Of a stretch of 64,000 bases of DNA, positions 11,931 through 24,177 are shown in pieces. The stretch spans positions 21,114,150 to 21,178,149 of the forward strand of contig NC_134026.1 of the NCBI RefSeq assembly GCF_964204645.1, given 5' to 3'. Position 1 is the stretch's first letter. Each line of letters starts with the position of its first letter. The notes below the pieces were generated by a model. That model was not told the DNA's origin and did not search any database. It was given only the letters and a program-made list of their open reading frames with translations. This DNA is from Tubulanus polymorphus (taxonomy: Eukaryota > Animalia > Nemertea). The position numbers were made by a program, and so were the translations under genes.

Positions 11931-12942
11931 TCTACATTTCACGATATCAATCTTGTATCTATATATCGGCACTCCACTTGCCCCAGTAAGTAACTTTATT
12001 CGAGATTTCAAGTCTTAATGCTATACGTACCCATAGAGGGGGGCCTGTAACATATACACACATAAACAACCAACCTTTAAATCAGCGCTAGATTTAAATG
12101 CAAATTTACAATCTAAATTTCTCCGAGGGCCTTGTCGAAAATGAGCCCATTGAAATTATGTGTGTATGTGTCAGATACGGTTGTTTGATTTAACTATACG
12201 AAGACCTGATAACCGAACTGACAACAAATTTCCGTCGTCAGGCACGTGTGCGTCTTGAACGGGGCGAAAAAAAGTTCGATAATCACTATATTTGCGCAAC
12301 TATGGGAGTTTCTCGTGAGCCAGATCGTGTTTAGGATTTACCTACGGATTTCTGGCTGATTGATGAGTTTTCGGCGCTATTAATTTTCTCCGTTGAAGCT
12401 TACGTGAAATACAATAAGTCAGCCGCGAGTGCTAATCAAACATTTTGCGCGGTGATGAATGACAACGCTTCATTGTTTCAAACACATACACCGCTGAATA
12501 ATTGAGTTACCGGGTGTTTGGTAATGAGATTATTATACAAATTTGTTCATTCTGAATAATCGTTACTCACATCTCTGTGCCGCTTACTTTGTTTCAATTA
12601 ATCGCCGTTTTATCCGATATCTCCAATATAGAGAGGTAGGAGACACGACTGCCGATACTGCGGCGTCAACAGCGACCAGCTGACTTAATCGTTTTACCCG
12701 ACGATAAAATCCATTGAAAGTACACCGATATAGGGATCACATTAGCAGAGAATTATTACTTCTATAAGAAGTATTCGGCGTACGCGGACGATGCGAGTAA
12801 CGATAACAAAAGTGCTTTAATATATGAAATATGACGAAGAAGGCAAAATTGCTGGATCGATTGTGATATGCTTGAATCAAGGCGGGGCGACAAGCTGCTA
12901 GATGTTAGAACAGCCCCACACTCTGACGTGGAGAACAGGCAT

Positions 12943-13096
12943 TAAGTTAAAACATACTGTCCATAATTTAAAAGATGAAAAAACGAATTTCGTTTATCAA
13001 GAATCAAAATCAAAATACACGACGTTTCGAACTCTCACTAGAGACAAAATTCGTTTTTAATCTTTTGAATTCTGTATATGGTGGGTTTTAAACTTA
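12943..13096. mobile_element. Inverted-repeat remnant resembling Penelope-like (PLE) pseudo-LTRs, with the 3' half of a hammerhead ribozyme
   Basis: Arms 12965-12990 and 13047-13071 are near-perfect reverse complements; the minus-strand centre reads CTCT-AGTG-AGAG-TTC-GAAA-CGTCG. Confidence 0.5.
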
Positions 13097-14519
13097 TTAA
13101 GCCGCTAAACTTTTGGTTAAGAGTTCAAAACAACGCTCAAACTATTTAACAACTCGGACTGTTCGTGGTTTGTGATTTGTCTATACGATCAAGTACTAAT
13201 TGCCACTTTGATTTCCTTTTGGCGTCAGTAATGCGCGCATTAACTGCGCATTAACCGTATTTTAACCATTATGTCTATTTCATATGGAGCAATAAACTAT
13301 ATTGAATTGAATTGTCGAGAGATTCATATTCCATCATCGACAAATGTGGAACTGGATCCTGGGGAGTATCTGTCGCAGCAGACTATGAGCAAAATGGGAA
13401 CACATGAAACATGAAATGCGATGCCCCGAAAAATAACGTATCCTGATGCTTTTTTACAGAATTCCTAGGTATTTCCTTATTTTTGTATCTCAGCTCAATA
13501 TTTCTGACGCAATTAGTTTCAGCACCGACTTGAAAAATAACCAAAGATTGTACTAATAACATTTTCAACTAATTCCTGTATTCCTTGACGTTGTAAACTC
13601 GTCTCCCTAAGAGTTGTGCGTTGTTGAAATTTTCGTAATCAACGGAGCCTCGGGAACTTAGAAAATGATCCCCGCGCTGCAGGCAACCGGGGAAATGTAT
13701 CAGGGAAAATTCGGTGAATTCAAGTCATTTGCGCGGCGAGAAATGTAATCAATTCGTTGCTGTGTCCGAGATGGGGGAATGTGCAGTTAAATTAAACTGA
13801 AATATCACGTACGTACACACAAGACAGGTCGTCTGGTGAATGGAACAAAATCGATGATTAATTAATGGATAAATCTTGTTAGTTATCAATCCACGTGTTT
13901 CAAGTATTCTTCTGGTCGAAACGATATACTGGGTCCAGAGCCGGGGAGAAACTGTGTACACGCTCGACTGATCATTAATGACATCGTCAAACAGATTGAA
14001 TCATACGTATATATATATATATACTTATGTTCGAAATATCTGAAGATTTGATATCAGATACTCGGCGACGACGTAAAATGTTCGATTAACGAGTCGAATG
14101 AGCATCGTCGAAGCAGCGATAACTGGTTTCTGATTGACTGTCCGTGGCCGTGTCGAACCATCGATCAAACTATCGCGGTGTAGTATCGAGACAAGCTCGA
14201 ACGCGCGCCCCGTCATTACCTCTCACTCTCGAAGTTCTATAATTCGATTAAGAGCAGCTATAGAGAGCTTGATCGTTTCAAATAAATGCCCGCGGGTCGG
14301 GACACTGGTCGTTCTCGACGATGACCGTCGTCGAAAGCGTTCGAAGCTTTGAATTTCCAGCGCAGCGCGTCCAGAATTCCACTATACCGCGCTCAAAATC
14401 GAATTTAATCACTTCCGCCCTTTGGATAGATATAATATATATATATTATCTTCTATAACTTCTAGAATGGCAATTACCACAACAAAAATTTTGGTATTTT
14501 TCTTCGAAGATATTCAGTC

Positions 14520-14615
14520 CGGAATTTTTGAGGACGGAATTTTCAAGGGCCTCAAGATTTGAGGGGATGTCCGGACCCCACGGACCCCACGGACATCCCC
14601 CTGGATCCTCCGTTG
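14520..14615. mobile_element. Terminal fragment of a GGCGGATCCAGGGGG-type element
   Basis: ggaccccac direct repeat followed by CCCCCTGGATCCTCCGTTG terminus. Confidence 0.5.
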
Positions 14616-14799
14616 TACGATTGTTAATGAAGATCCCCAATGGAATTCTCCATTTTCTACGAAAGCGAAGGATATAAACGTAGAAAAGGGCACATTATAA
14701 TTAAGACGAGGTAGATGATTTTCAACAAAAAGGCACACGATTCTTCAGGATTTCATCTTTATTAGCCTGGAAACTATATCTCAATGCAGTACATTTTCT

Positions 14800-14957
14800 A
14801 AAAAGCACTTTGCATTTCGTTCATTGTTTGGAAAACTGCACCAAAATACCAAGTTAATCTTTGAAATTTTCTGGGAGAGGACACACAGACTTAGTTCGTC
14901 GAGGATTATGCCCTTTTTTTATAAGTTGTGCGACCCTCACCAGTGAATCCGCCCCTG
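14800..14957. mobile_element. Terminal fragment of a GGATCCGCCCCTG-TIR element; homologous to 11800-11930
   Basis: Alignable to the 11.8 kb copy; ends GAATCCGCCCCTG. Confidence 0.65.
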
Positions 14958-17787
14958 AAAGCGAAGACCAAATATAAATCGTATTACGATGGCGGTTTTG
15001 GAGATTTACGCCGATGCGTCGCGGTGATCGTCTGGAGCCGTTTGTTTGCAGCCGCGATCGACTGCATACTACTACACTAAAGTTTTATAACTACGCCGAG
15101 CGATCTATCGACTGAACCAATCAACAATCTTCGTTCCCGGCGCACACACGTATCCGGATTATTCACGTGGCAGTTCATGCTGGGAATATCTGAATACTTT
15201 CTTCAGGTAGGCTTCATATTTATATATACATGTTTACACCTTCGGAGTTCGTTTCTGTTTTTGGCCACTAGAAAAAAGACCGAGAATACTTTCGACATTT
15301 TTTCCTCTCAACCCGAATTATTACTGACGAACACAACATCTTTCAAGTCGTCATGATCTAAAAATGTGTTTCCATCGTTGAATTCTTAGAACGTGTTCCT
15401 TTGCTAAGAAATGTCATTTCAGAAACCTCAGAAATGACAATAGACACCCATTTCAAATTGTACATTTTAAAAACATACTTTGACTGCCGTCAGACCGCTG
15501 TCGCATTTTTGTCTAATTTTTCTTTGTTGCAGAATCTTTCGAATATGGAAAACTTAAATACGGCAACCACCAAATATGAATGTTGCATATATGAATATAC
15601 TGTATTTATTGCTTCCAGAAGAGTATTTGGCGACCTTAAATGGATAGCATGAAGAAGTGCTTATTTATTCACTGTTTTCAATTCAGTCACTGTCCCGGTA
15701 CTTATTACACGATGATATGACCCAGTGGCCGTTTTATTGAAATATCTCAGGCGATATATCGATATTTTCGGCTGCAGGGGACAAATTTATTTATCGGCTG
15801 GGCATTTCGTCTGTCGTAGGCGATGATGAGCCGCGACTTCATCTAAATAAAACAGCTACATGCGACAACTGAGATAATATAAAATCAGATCGTTTAGTTT
15901 GTCTCATACCAGTAACAGCGATGATTACCTTCCCAGCGGGCAGATAAATGAAATTGTTTTTCTTTTTTTCGTTGGTCGTGCACGACGCCAGAGCGCATCG
16001 GAATTGGCTATTCATCCCAAACTTACGGATGTATTAGAGAAAAAAGCGTAAAGCGACAAGAGGTTAAGTTTATTTACTCCGATTGTCTACCTGGTCTTAT
16101 GTACCGAATACGTACGATCAGTTATATTCGTTTAGACTTCTAAAGTGATGATGCGTACGTGTTGGCCAAATCTTGTTCACAACGTTGAATAAATTACGCA
16201 TCTTATATGATATAGTTATTAAGAAGTCCGTTATGAGATTTCTGAGAAAAGAAACACGTCGGGCCATAAAAAATATTTTAGTAGTCTCCGCAACAACTCG
16301 TACATGAACCCGAGAATGCTCCCGAGGGATATGAGCCCCGCGCGCGCGCATACTTTATTTTCGCAATTAAGCACCGAACTATGTTCGGATTTTATTAAGC
16401 GGTCAGCGCGGTCTAAGTATCGTTTGTCTTCATTAATCAGTTTTATTAATATATGGTAGCAAGCAGGGTATATCAGAACAGATTGCGCGGATCTTATCGC
16501 AAATGGTTATATTGCGGCGTTGTGTTCCGAGTTAAAATGCGCTCCACACCTCCGTAGCTATATAGCCGCGATACTCCTTCCGCTTTAGAGTTCTAGTTAG
16601 ATAAGGCGGCACAATCAAGAAACACATGTCTATCCAATGGCTAATATATAATACGGCAAGCAGCAGTATTCAAATATTGCCCCCGACAAACCGCCGAAAT
16701 TACTCCCAACAAATAGATAACCACTGAATGACTATAACATATACAAACTAATGTATCTTAATTCGAGAAATTGGACGTCCAGTTCTCCATCATAATTAAT
16801 CACTAAGAGTGATGAGCTGCCGGTATATACACACGCCAACGAATATTGTTGAATTTACAAACATTATTTAACCTAACGTATACAATTCGGACGTCTGCAG
16901 AATCAATTTACCACACGTCTGCCAAGCTGTAAAATCGCCTTTTCCCATTAGGCTCTTCCTATTAAAGTTTATTATATCGCAAATTATCAGCGCTTTCGTT
17001 CCGTCTGTTCTGGAGATACGGCATGACATATTTCGCGCGCAAATTATACCAGCAGTTGAGAAAGAGATCGAATTAGTTCCCGTGGGAGTATATAGTTCAT
17101 CGAAGTAACAAAGAGAGAGACTAACCATCTTATAGAGAGCCTTTCAATCTAAACTGCTCCTTTTGTTGAATACCCTTTGATTTAGAATTTTTGTTGCCTC
17201 AGCTTTTTATACTTTGCCGATGTAATAAATAGTTCGTGTAATATGTCTATACGCCCCACTCAGGTCGCCTGTACGACGCGGGGACGGAAGAAGTAACCCC
17301 TTCACGAATCTTATGTTATAGCTCTGGTCATCTCGTATCATATCTAATTCACTTAATAAATGTTAATGAATATAAATAACCAATGAAATATCTGATCACA
17401 AATACCGAGATCAATTTGCCAAAATAAATAAATAAAAGTTTCGTAATGATTTTTCAGCCAGTCAAGATTTCGAGTATACTTTTATATTCTTGCGCGCTCT
17501 TTCCTACGTCTTTTCTCTTTTGACACTTTTTTCTTTTTTTTGAGTCTTAAACTTACTATTACTCCTAAGATAAACGGTCCAATAATATTCAGACCTAATC
17601 TATATTAAACGATATTGCACCTGAATGTGTTATAAATCATCACCATTAAGCCGCTGACCGGTTTTAGAAATCGTAAATTTTACGCCACTGAACGAGCCGA
17701 CCGCCATGATGCCATGATATCGAAATCATTCTTTTTTTCTGAAAACTACAAAAAAATTGGTTCCCGTACGTATTTTTTGATCGGTAT

Positions 17788-18236
17788 TAAGGCCTTTTTT
17801 TAATTAGTTGAGTACGGATCCACCTCCAGAAATTCTGCAAAAATCTTCAAATTAAAAGAAATCGTGTTTTCATCGCAATTTTTCAATCAAGATCTTTTTT
17901 CGTTATTTTCGTCTCGATTTTCAATTCCGCAAGTTGTAAAAGTTATGTTCATCTCAATTTTCAATCTAGATTCGCAAAAAGTTAGTTTTTTAATTTCTCC
18001 CGTTATTTGAATGAAATTCATCACAATTTTCGCTCATCTTTTTTTAGATTTCTTTCTGCAGTCCTTCCGATGCTTTGTGTGGAAACTACTCAAAAAACAT
18101 TTTTATCTTTTCCCTGTTCCCTTCCATTTTAAAACGCCTATGATAAACAAAACCGAATTTAATTTTTCCCCTTCACCCTCCCAATTTGTTCTTGAAAAAA
18201 TCCATACTCAAAGTAATTCAAAAACAAAAGGCCTAA
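17788..18236. mobile_element. Probable MITE with TAAGGCCTTTT / AAAAGGCCTAA termini
   Basis: 11 bp imperfect TIR around a T-rich interior. Confidence 0.35.
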
Positions 18237-19360
18237 GCATACACTGTTTTGAATAGAAGAACAGTATCATCATTGCCCATAACTTCACGGATATATACAT
18301 TAATCACGTGTGAATATACTGTATTACTAATATGCTATCATTTCGAATTCAATTTGTCGAATTCGTGAATAATGATGGCCTACTCTATGATGTGATATTT
18401 AGTAGCTTTAACACCAATCAATTAGCGTTGCGAGAAGTCCAGCGGGACTGATACGCGACAAACCGTATCACGCACGAATCGCGGTCGGTGACACCCTTAA
18501 CACCGTTACAGGGATACCGCTGAATTATACATGCCGTTATACGATACATAACGTCGTTAAGTGAATCTGATTAATGAAATTAACGAAGTTTTATCACCAG
18601 GTAGATAATAAGTCAGTGGTACGAACTATACTGGGATTTCGATATATTCGTGGGTAAAGTACCTCTGTCAAGCATATCCGTGAGAAATTTCTCAGAAGAA
18701 ATGTAACTTTAGAATTAGGGTGCCCCGCTATGTTATCGATGCTTTGAAATTAAAACTTGTCATATTTTGCGGCGCATCTTTTTCGTTGACCCTACCTCAG
18801 AGTACGTATGTTTATGTAATTATATTTCATATTTTTCCAATGCTCAACCGATTCATCTCAGCATGTATGAACTGCACAATATGTTTCAAGGCCGAGTGGT
18901 GTCGATTATTATTCACAATATTTGCACCATGTACGGTTTCCGCATATTGATTAATGGATACCTCAAAACGGCGGATACTCAAGTGCTAATACGAAGTAAA
19001 TCGTTCCCAGTTGAATTGAAATGGACCGCGTGTCGACATGGCCACAATATCAACCATATTCACATACAACCATTATCGATAGAACTCTTGGGAACAACGG
19101 AAAAAATGTAAATAATTGGTCATATCTTTCACGAATTCGACACGACAAAATCGCCCTTGAAATATATCTCGAAAAATGTATTAGGTCTAAATAAATCGTT
19201 TCATTACGTAATAAATACTTTCTAATCAGCAGCGTGTCAAGAATTATATCGAATAACCTCAAAGTCGTTTAAAAACTTTTAATGTGCAGAGAACACGAAA
19301 ACGAGACAAGAAAAAAAATTACTTGAAAGTTTATTGACGCCTTGAACAATAACACTTATT

Positions 19361-19694
19361 TTGCTGAATATTGTCGACAATAAACAATGCATGAATTATA
19401 TAATATTAAGTATCAATAAAGTTATATTGGATTTGAATATTGATGATTGAATTGAATTGACCGGCAACCAGTCTAGCCCCGATATGATGATGACGTAGCG
19501 CACATCCTGGAAAAGATTATTATCAAAATCTATCACAAATAGAATTACAGTTATGAAATATATCTAATAACAAAATTAACGCAAAAATTCAGAATTGTCG
19601 TTGTTATTTTGAAACGTCAATATCGATGACGTAGTGCACATCCGATTCGCACGGAACCCCAACGCATACTAGGTAGCAATGCATATAAACATTA
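19361..19694. repeat. ~330 bp dispersed repeat, copy 1 (copy 2 at 27686-27992)
   Basis: Identical 24 nt start, identical 36 nt core, shared GATGACGT..CACATC and CACGGAACCCCAACGCATA blocks in the same order and orientation. Confidence 0.9.
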
Positions 19695-19709
19695 TTGTAA
19701 CGGTTTCTA

Positions 19710-19926
19710 CAGGGTGAAAAACCGGTCACACCGAAAATGACAAATTGTTCTCAGAAAATGAACCAGTTCTTAGTATCTGATTCACGTGGCAGAAAATGTG
19801 ACATCGAAAACATGAGGTGCTATCTGTTCATTTACAATGATCAGTAACGATGCTTAAAACGGACGTTACACATGTCGTTGTGAAAAAAAAAACATTTGGC
19901 AGGTTTTTGTCCGGTTTTCAAAGCCC
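19710..19926. mobile_element. MITE with hAT-like CAGGG ends
   Basis: CAGGGTGAAAAACCGGTCA ... TGTCCGGTTTTCAAAGCCC imperfect TIR. Confidence 0.45.
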
Positions 19927-21149
19927 ACAAAATGTCACAGTCACGCGTGTGTGTTTCGACAAACAGAGTCTTTTATTCTTCTCCTTAATCTCTAATGTAT
20001 GGTGGCTGATAAGCTGTTCTGGCGCCCTCATTTACATACCAGGAATTTTACGCTATGGCCCTTATCAGCCACCATACTAATGGCTCTTCTAAGCCACCGC
20101 ACGAAATACCCTCAAATAAAAAATTCTGAAAACATTTCGTTACACTTAGGCCTCTAAATCGCCTTAGAGTCCATGGTTAAACGTATTTTATAGTATACAA
20201 TGCGGCTGTTCCCCCTTAAATACATTTATCGATCAATAAACTGGTTAACCTCTGGATGAATCGGTTTGAAACACGCGCAGCTCTTAGCGAAACTTGTACG
20301 TCGAAGATTGCTAAACTACGGGCGTCTTAACACGTGTACCGCCGAAGCAAGCCGACGAATTTTGCGTTGAGGCACCGTGTTCTGAGCTTGTTTTGCCGTT
20401 AGCCGAACCTGACAATTGGTAATAAAGTTGTATTGTTTTACGCGAATTTTACACTTTTCTAGCAGTTACATTCATCACCCCGCACACACACATACATAGA
20501 CGGGAAACGCCTTACTCGCTGAAACCAAACTTGCAGAATTAAATGATGCAGTATTCTAGAATCTACTTAGCTATTTGGAACTAAGTAACGCGTGTATAGT
20601 TAATTCGTTCATACAGTAGGATACCGTCGTTAGTTCAATGATGTTAGTTACACGTAGCTTCCTAAACAGAATCAGGAAATCTTCTATTTCTCTGTATCTA
20701 TCTGCTTAGTGTTAGAAACAACCTGTTTCGCGCTCCGTTGCACACTAGAAGGCTGTACCTTCTCTTTTGAATTAGGCCTATCGTGTATAATCAAATGTGG
20801 ATAAAATAGTGACAACGTTTCTATCTTTTCCCCGAAAATATATTTCGTAGTTGGCCATTCAAACTGACCGTTTTCGCACACGAGGAGAATTAAAAGCTTT
20901 TGCTTTCAGATTAATTCAGCCCCGTATTTTGAGTTTTTGCATTACATTTTTTTTTGTAAAAGCATGTTTTGGTCGATTTTTTTCGCACGCTCGCTTTCAG
21001 ATATTCTCGTGTCGCCGTCGATTGACCAACCTTTGAAAACGTTTTGAACGAGGTGCCGATAAGATCCTAACATCTAAAGTTATTCGTATGTAGAATCCGT
21101 CATGCAAAATTTATGGCAGTTGATCACGCAAAATGACTTCGGCAGCCTG

Positions 21150-21386
21150 GGCGAACTTCGGTTATCGGAGTTAGTCGACTATAGTCGAACTAAACGAAAC
21201 CGAATGTAAGTTAGTTGGAACTATGGTCCAAAAATGGTCGACCACGGGATTGAGCACGGTAGCTGTAGTTCCGACCCATTTCCAAGATGGCCGAGACTGT
21301 GAAATACGTTACGACCGAACTATGGTGCGTTCGGCTATTACGTAGTTCCGACCATAGTCGACTAGCTACAAAAACCGAAGTTGGTC
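21150..21386. mobile_element. PIF/Harbinger-like MITE
   Basis: ~43 bp imperfect TIRs (GGCGAACTTCGGTT..AGTCGACTATAGTCGAACTA / TAGTTCCGACCATAGTCGACT..AACCGAAGTTGGTC) flanked by CTG on both sides. Confidence 0.8.
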
Positions 21387-21935
21387 CTGAATAGAAACTG
21401 AATATGCAAGGCAACTTCTGTATCTTTTACAATGTATAGTTGCCACTAGACATATGCAGTCGAAATTGAAACTTCTTGTAACGCGATTGTCTGAGTTTAT
21501 GCGCGAGGGCATTGAAAGTACACAGATGCGCGAACTTCAGTAAGTTGTTGTAACGCGTTGCTCGATCGCAATAGAATCCTGACAATAATGAGCGATTGCG
21601 CGCGATGATTGATAGTATTTTTGAATTATTTATACGAATTCACTCGAACACGAAGGTCGCGGCCTCGCCAGCCGTGAGCAATGAACCGGCAATAAAGTTT
21701 ATCTCCATCGGTTGTTTACAAGTATGTGTGGTGTGGAATTGTCGGGTAATATTTTATCCGCGTCATACACAGTTGTCGATGGATCTTGAATTGATACATT
21801 CTACGGCGCTTTAAAAGAAAAGTATAGCCGACTTAACGCAGAGCACCCTTGAAATATAATGGCTCTTAAATTGTTTACGGACCTCTTGTTAACTTCTAAA
21901 CATCACTTCAACATTTTATAGATCAAGATTTATAG

Positions 21936-22870
21936 CAGATTCTTAGAGTAAAGAGCAGTGGATACGAACGTAAGCAAACGAATAGTTCCGTAAAATTAGA
22001 AAAAAATGAATTTAAAGAGTCTTTATTCAAAAAAGCAGAGGCATTCCTAAAAAAACAGAAGAGAACTAAAGGACAATTTCAAGGTCATTCAGAAAACGCC
22101 GTGGCAGCAGGTATTCGACGAACGAAAAAGTTGTTTTGTTACCATAAAAAGCGCTCGTTTTTAAACTTCAATTTCAACATCGACGACCTAAAGTTCAAGC
22201 GTTGCAGCGTAAAATCAAACATGGAAAACACGACGGAAAATCGATCATGAAAATGAATAAAGGAGAATCCGGGCAAAAGTATCGCTTCAAAGAGCTCTTG
22301 ACGTTGTCAGCGCAAGATCACGGAGGCTAACGTTGCTTATCCTTTTCATACCAGAGACACCCAAAATGATTATATACGTACTCATCATCTTGGCGCAGTC
22401 TCACAATGATAGTATTAACTTCTCTAGACATAACAGTGATCTATAGTATAACCCGAATGAAATGAAGGACAGCCTTAACTGTTCCACTAACAATTTTGCA
22501 TTGTTCAACACATGGGTACTGGTTTACACGAACCAGAACCGAAAGTTCCAATTATGGACATGGGTCAACAATGCGTAGGAAAACTCAATCCAGAACGTTG
22601 TTTGTAGTATTTCAGAAACTATTCAAAATTTGGTGTATACGCTCAAGATCATTTTAGATTAACGCCAAAAATGGCAAAGCACCGTAACGAGCCTTTTAGA
22701 ATATCATCAAAGTTGTATTCAAATGATTTCTAAACAATCTACGTCCCGATATTTGTATCAAGAGCTATTGTATAACGGTTTGTGGCCCAACAAAAACGAT
22801 ACTGCTAAAATGAATGTATGTGACGTAGAACGGGAAAACATCTTTATTCATATCTATAAAAGTTTCATTT
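21936..22870 (+). mobile_element. Decayed L1/Tx1-clade LINE ORF2 fragment (end of RT domain and downstream region)
   Basis: Broken frames give, in order, ILRV (~YLGV), LFKKAEAFLKKQKRTKGQFQG (~L.KI...L..WK.R.L...G), ELLTLSAQDHGG/NV (~L.L....GGL.V) and STSRYLYQELL...ENIFIHIYK; includes a 104-codon stop-free stretch at 21936-22250. Confidence 0.55.
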
Positions 22871-24081
22871 GACATATACATTCATTTGACATACACTATG
22901 TATTGGAAATCTACTGACGATATATCCTACATATTAACACGTTCGTGTCCTTTCTTATATACGCTATCTTTTTTCTAAAGATGTTGAAAATAATGAATGG
23001 TTTCCAGATGAAAATTCTACTACAATCTCCGTCGTATTGAAGCCGTTGATCTTTTGAAGTAGTACACGCTTTGCTTCTCTATCGCTTGCTACCTGATTGG
23101 CATTAATTAGTAGCTTAATTAGAAAGGTGTTTCAATTCACTCGACGCCGACCTATCTGCTTTAATTGAGTTGCAGTTTGAAGTCGTTTTTATCCACGCGA
23201 TTGTTCGGTTGTTGAGGCATGAATTACAATTAACGGCGACAAGAATTACAAGGTTGCGTCGTGTCGAACTTCTACCAGAGATTGAATTATTTATCGCACT
23301 CTCATAGATCATCTTCGGAGCTGAGTTATATAAGAATTGAAGGTTTGTTCCATTAAATCGTTGTTTTCCAGGCCATTCACTATGTGTGTTGGATGCAACT
23401 CAATGTCACCTCTGCTTTTTCGTTTCTCCGAAAATGAAAATTTCCACAACTATTTAAAATCAGAACATTTTATCAAGCGTAAAGCAATGAATCTGTAATC
23501 TACTAAATATAGCGGGTTAATGGTAGCCACGACCGCAAGATCCCACCTATTTAGTGTTTGGGTAGCGATAGTCATATGCCTAATGGGACTTTCCTGTCTT
23601 GTAGTAAGGATAAAAACGATACATCCTGTTTCTTCTTATCGGCTGGCTCATTTTGTAAATCGCAATGGAATTTGTAATCAGTTCATTTCTATAGCTGCCG
23701 TATCTGTAGTTATAAGCTTGATCATGATTTTTTTTTAAGCAGGGTAGATAGGCGGCGGCTGGGTCAACTGTTAAGCTCAGCAGAAAGGAGAAATAGGTGT
23801 CAATTCTTTAGCCTAAAAATAACGTGTTTAGCCATAAAAAGGTTATCTCATATCATGTTTCACTGTGATAACACCAGAGAAGAGTTTTCAATTCCCAGAG
23901 AAGAAAGTTTGTGATTTGCTAATTTTGTACAGATTGGTGTATGTGTAACTCATCGTGACAAATTAATTTCATTTTTCGAACGAAATTTAGAGATTTGCGG
24001 AGTCCCATCTGGCAGTAATATGCTGTTAATATCTGGACGTTTTTCGAATTCATTTAATGAAAAACACTTGACAATTAATTC

Positions 24082-24177
24082 ATATTCATAATTTAGCACT
24101 GTCAATGTAAAAGTACTTGGGTTTTTATATTCATAATTCAGCACTGCCAATCTAAGAGTCAAGAGTACTAGAGTTTA
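24082..24177. repeat. Two-copy tandem repeat, period ~45 bp
   Basis: atattcataatt(t/c)agcactg(t/c)caat..agtact at 24082 and 24127. Confidence 0.8.
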
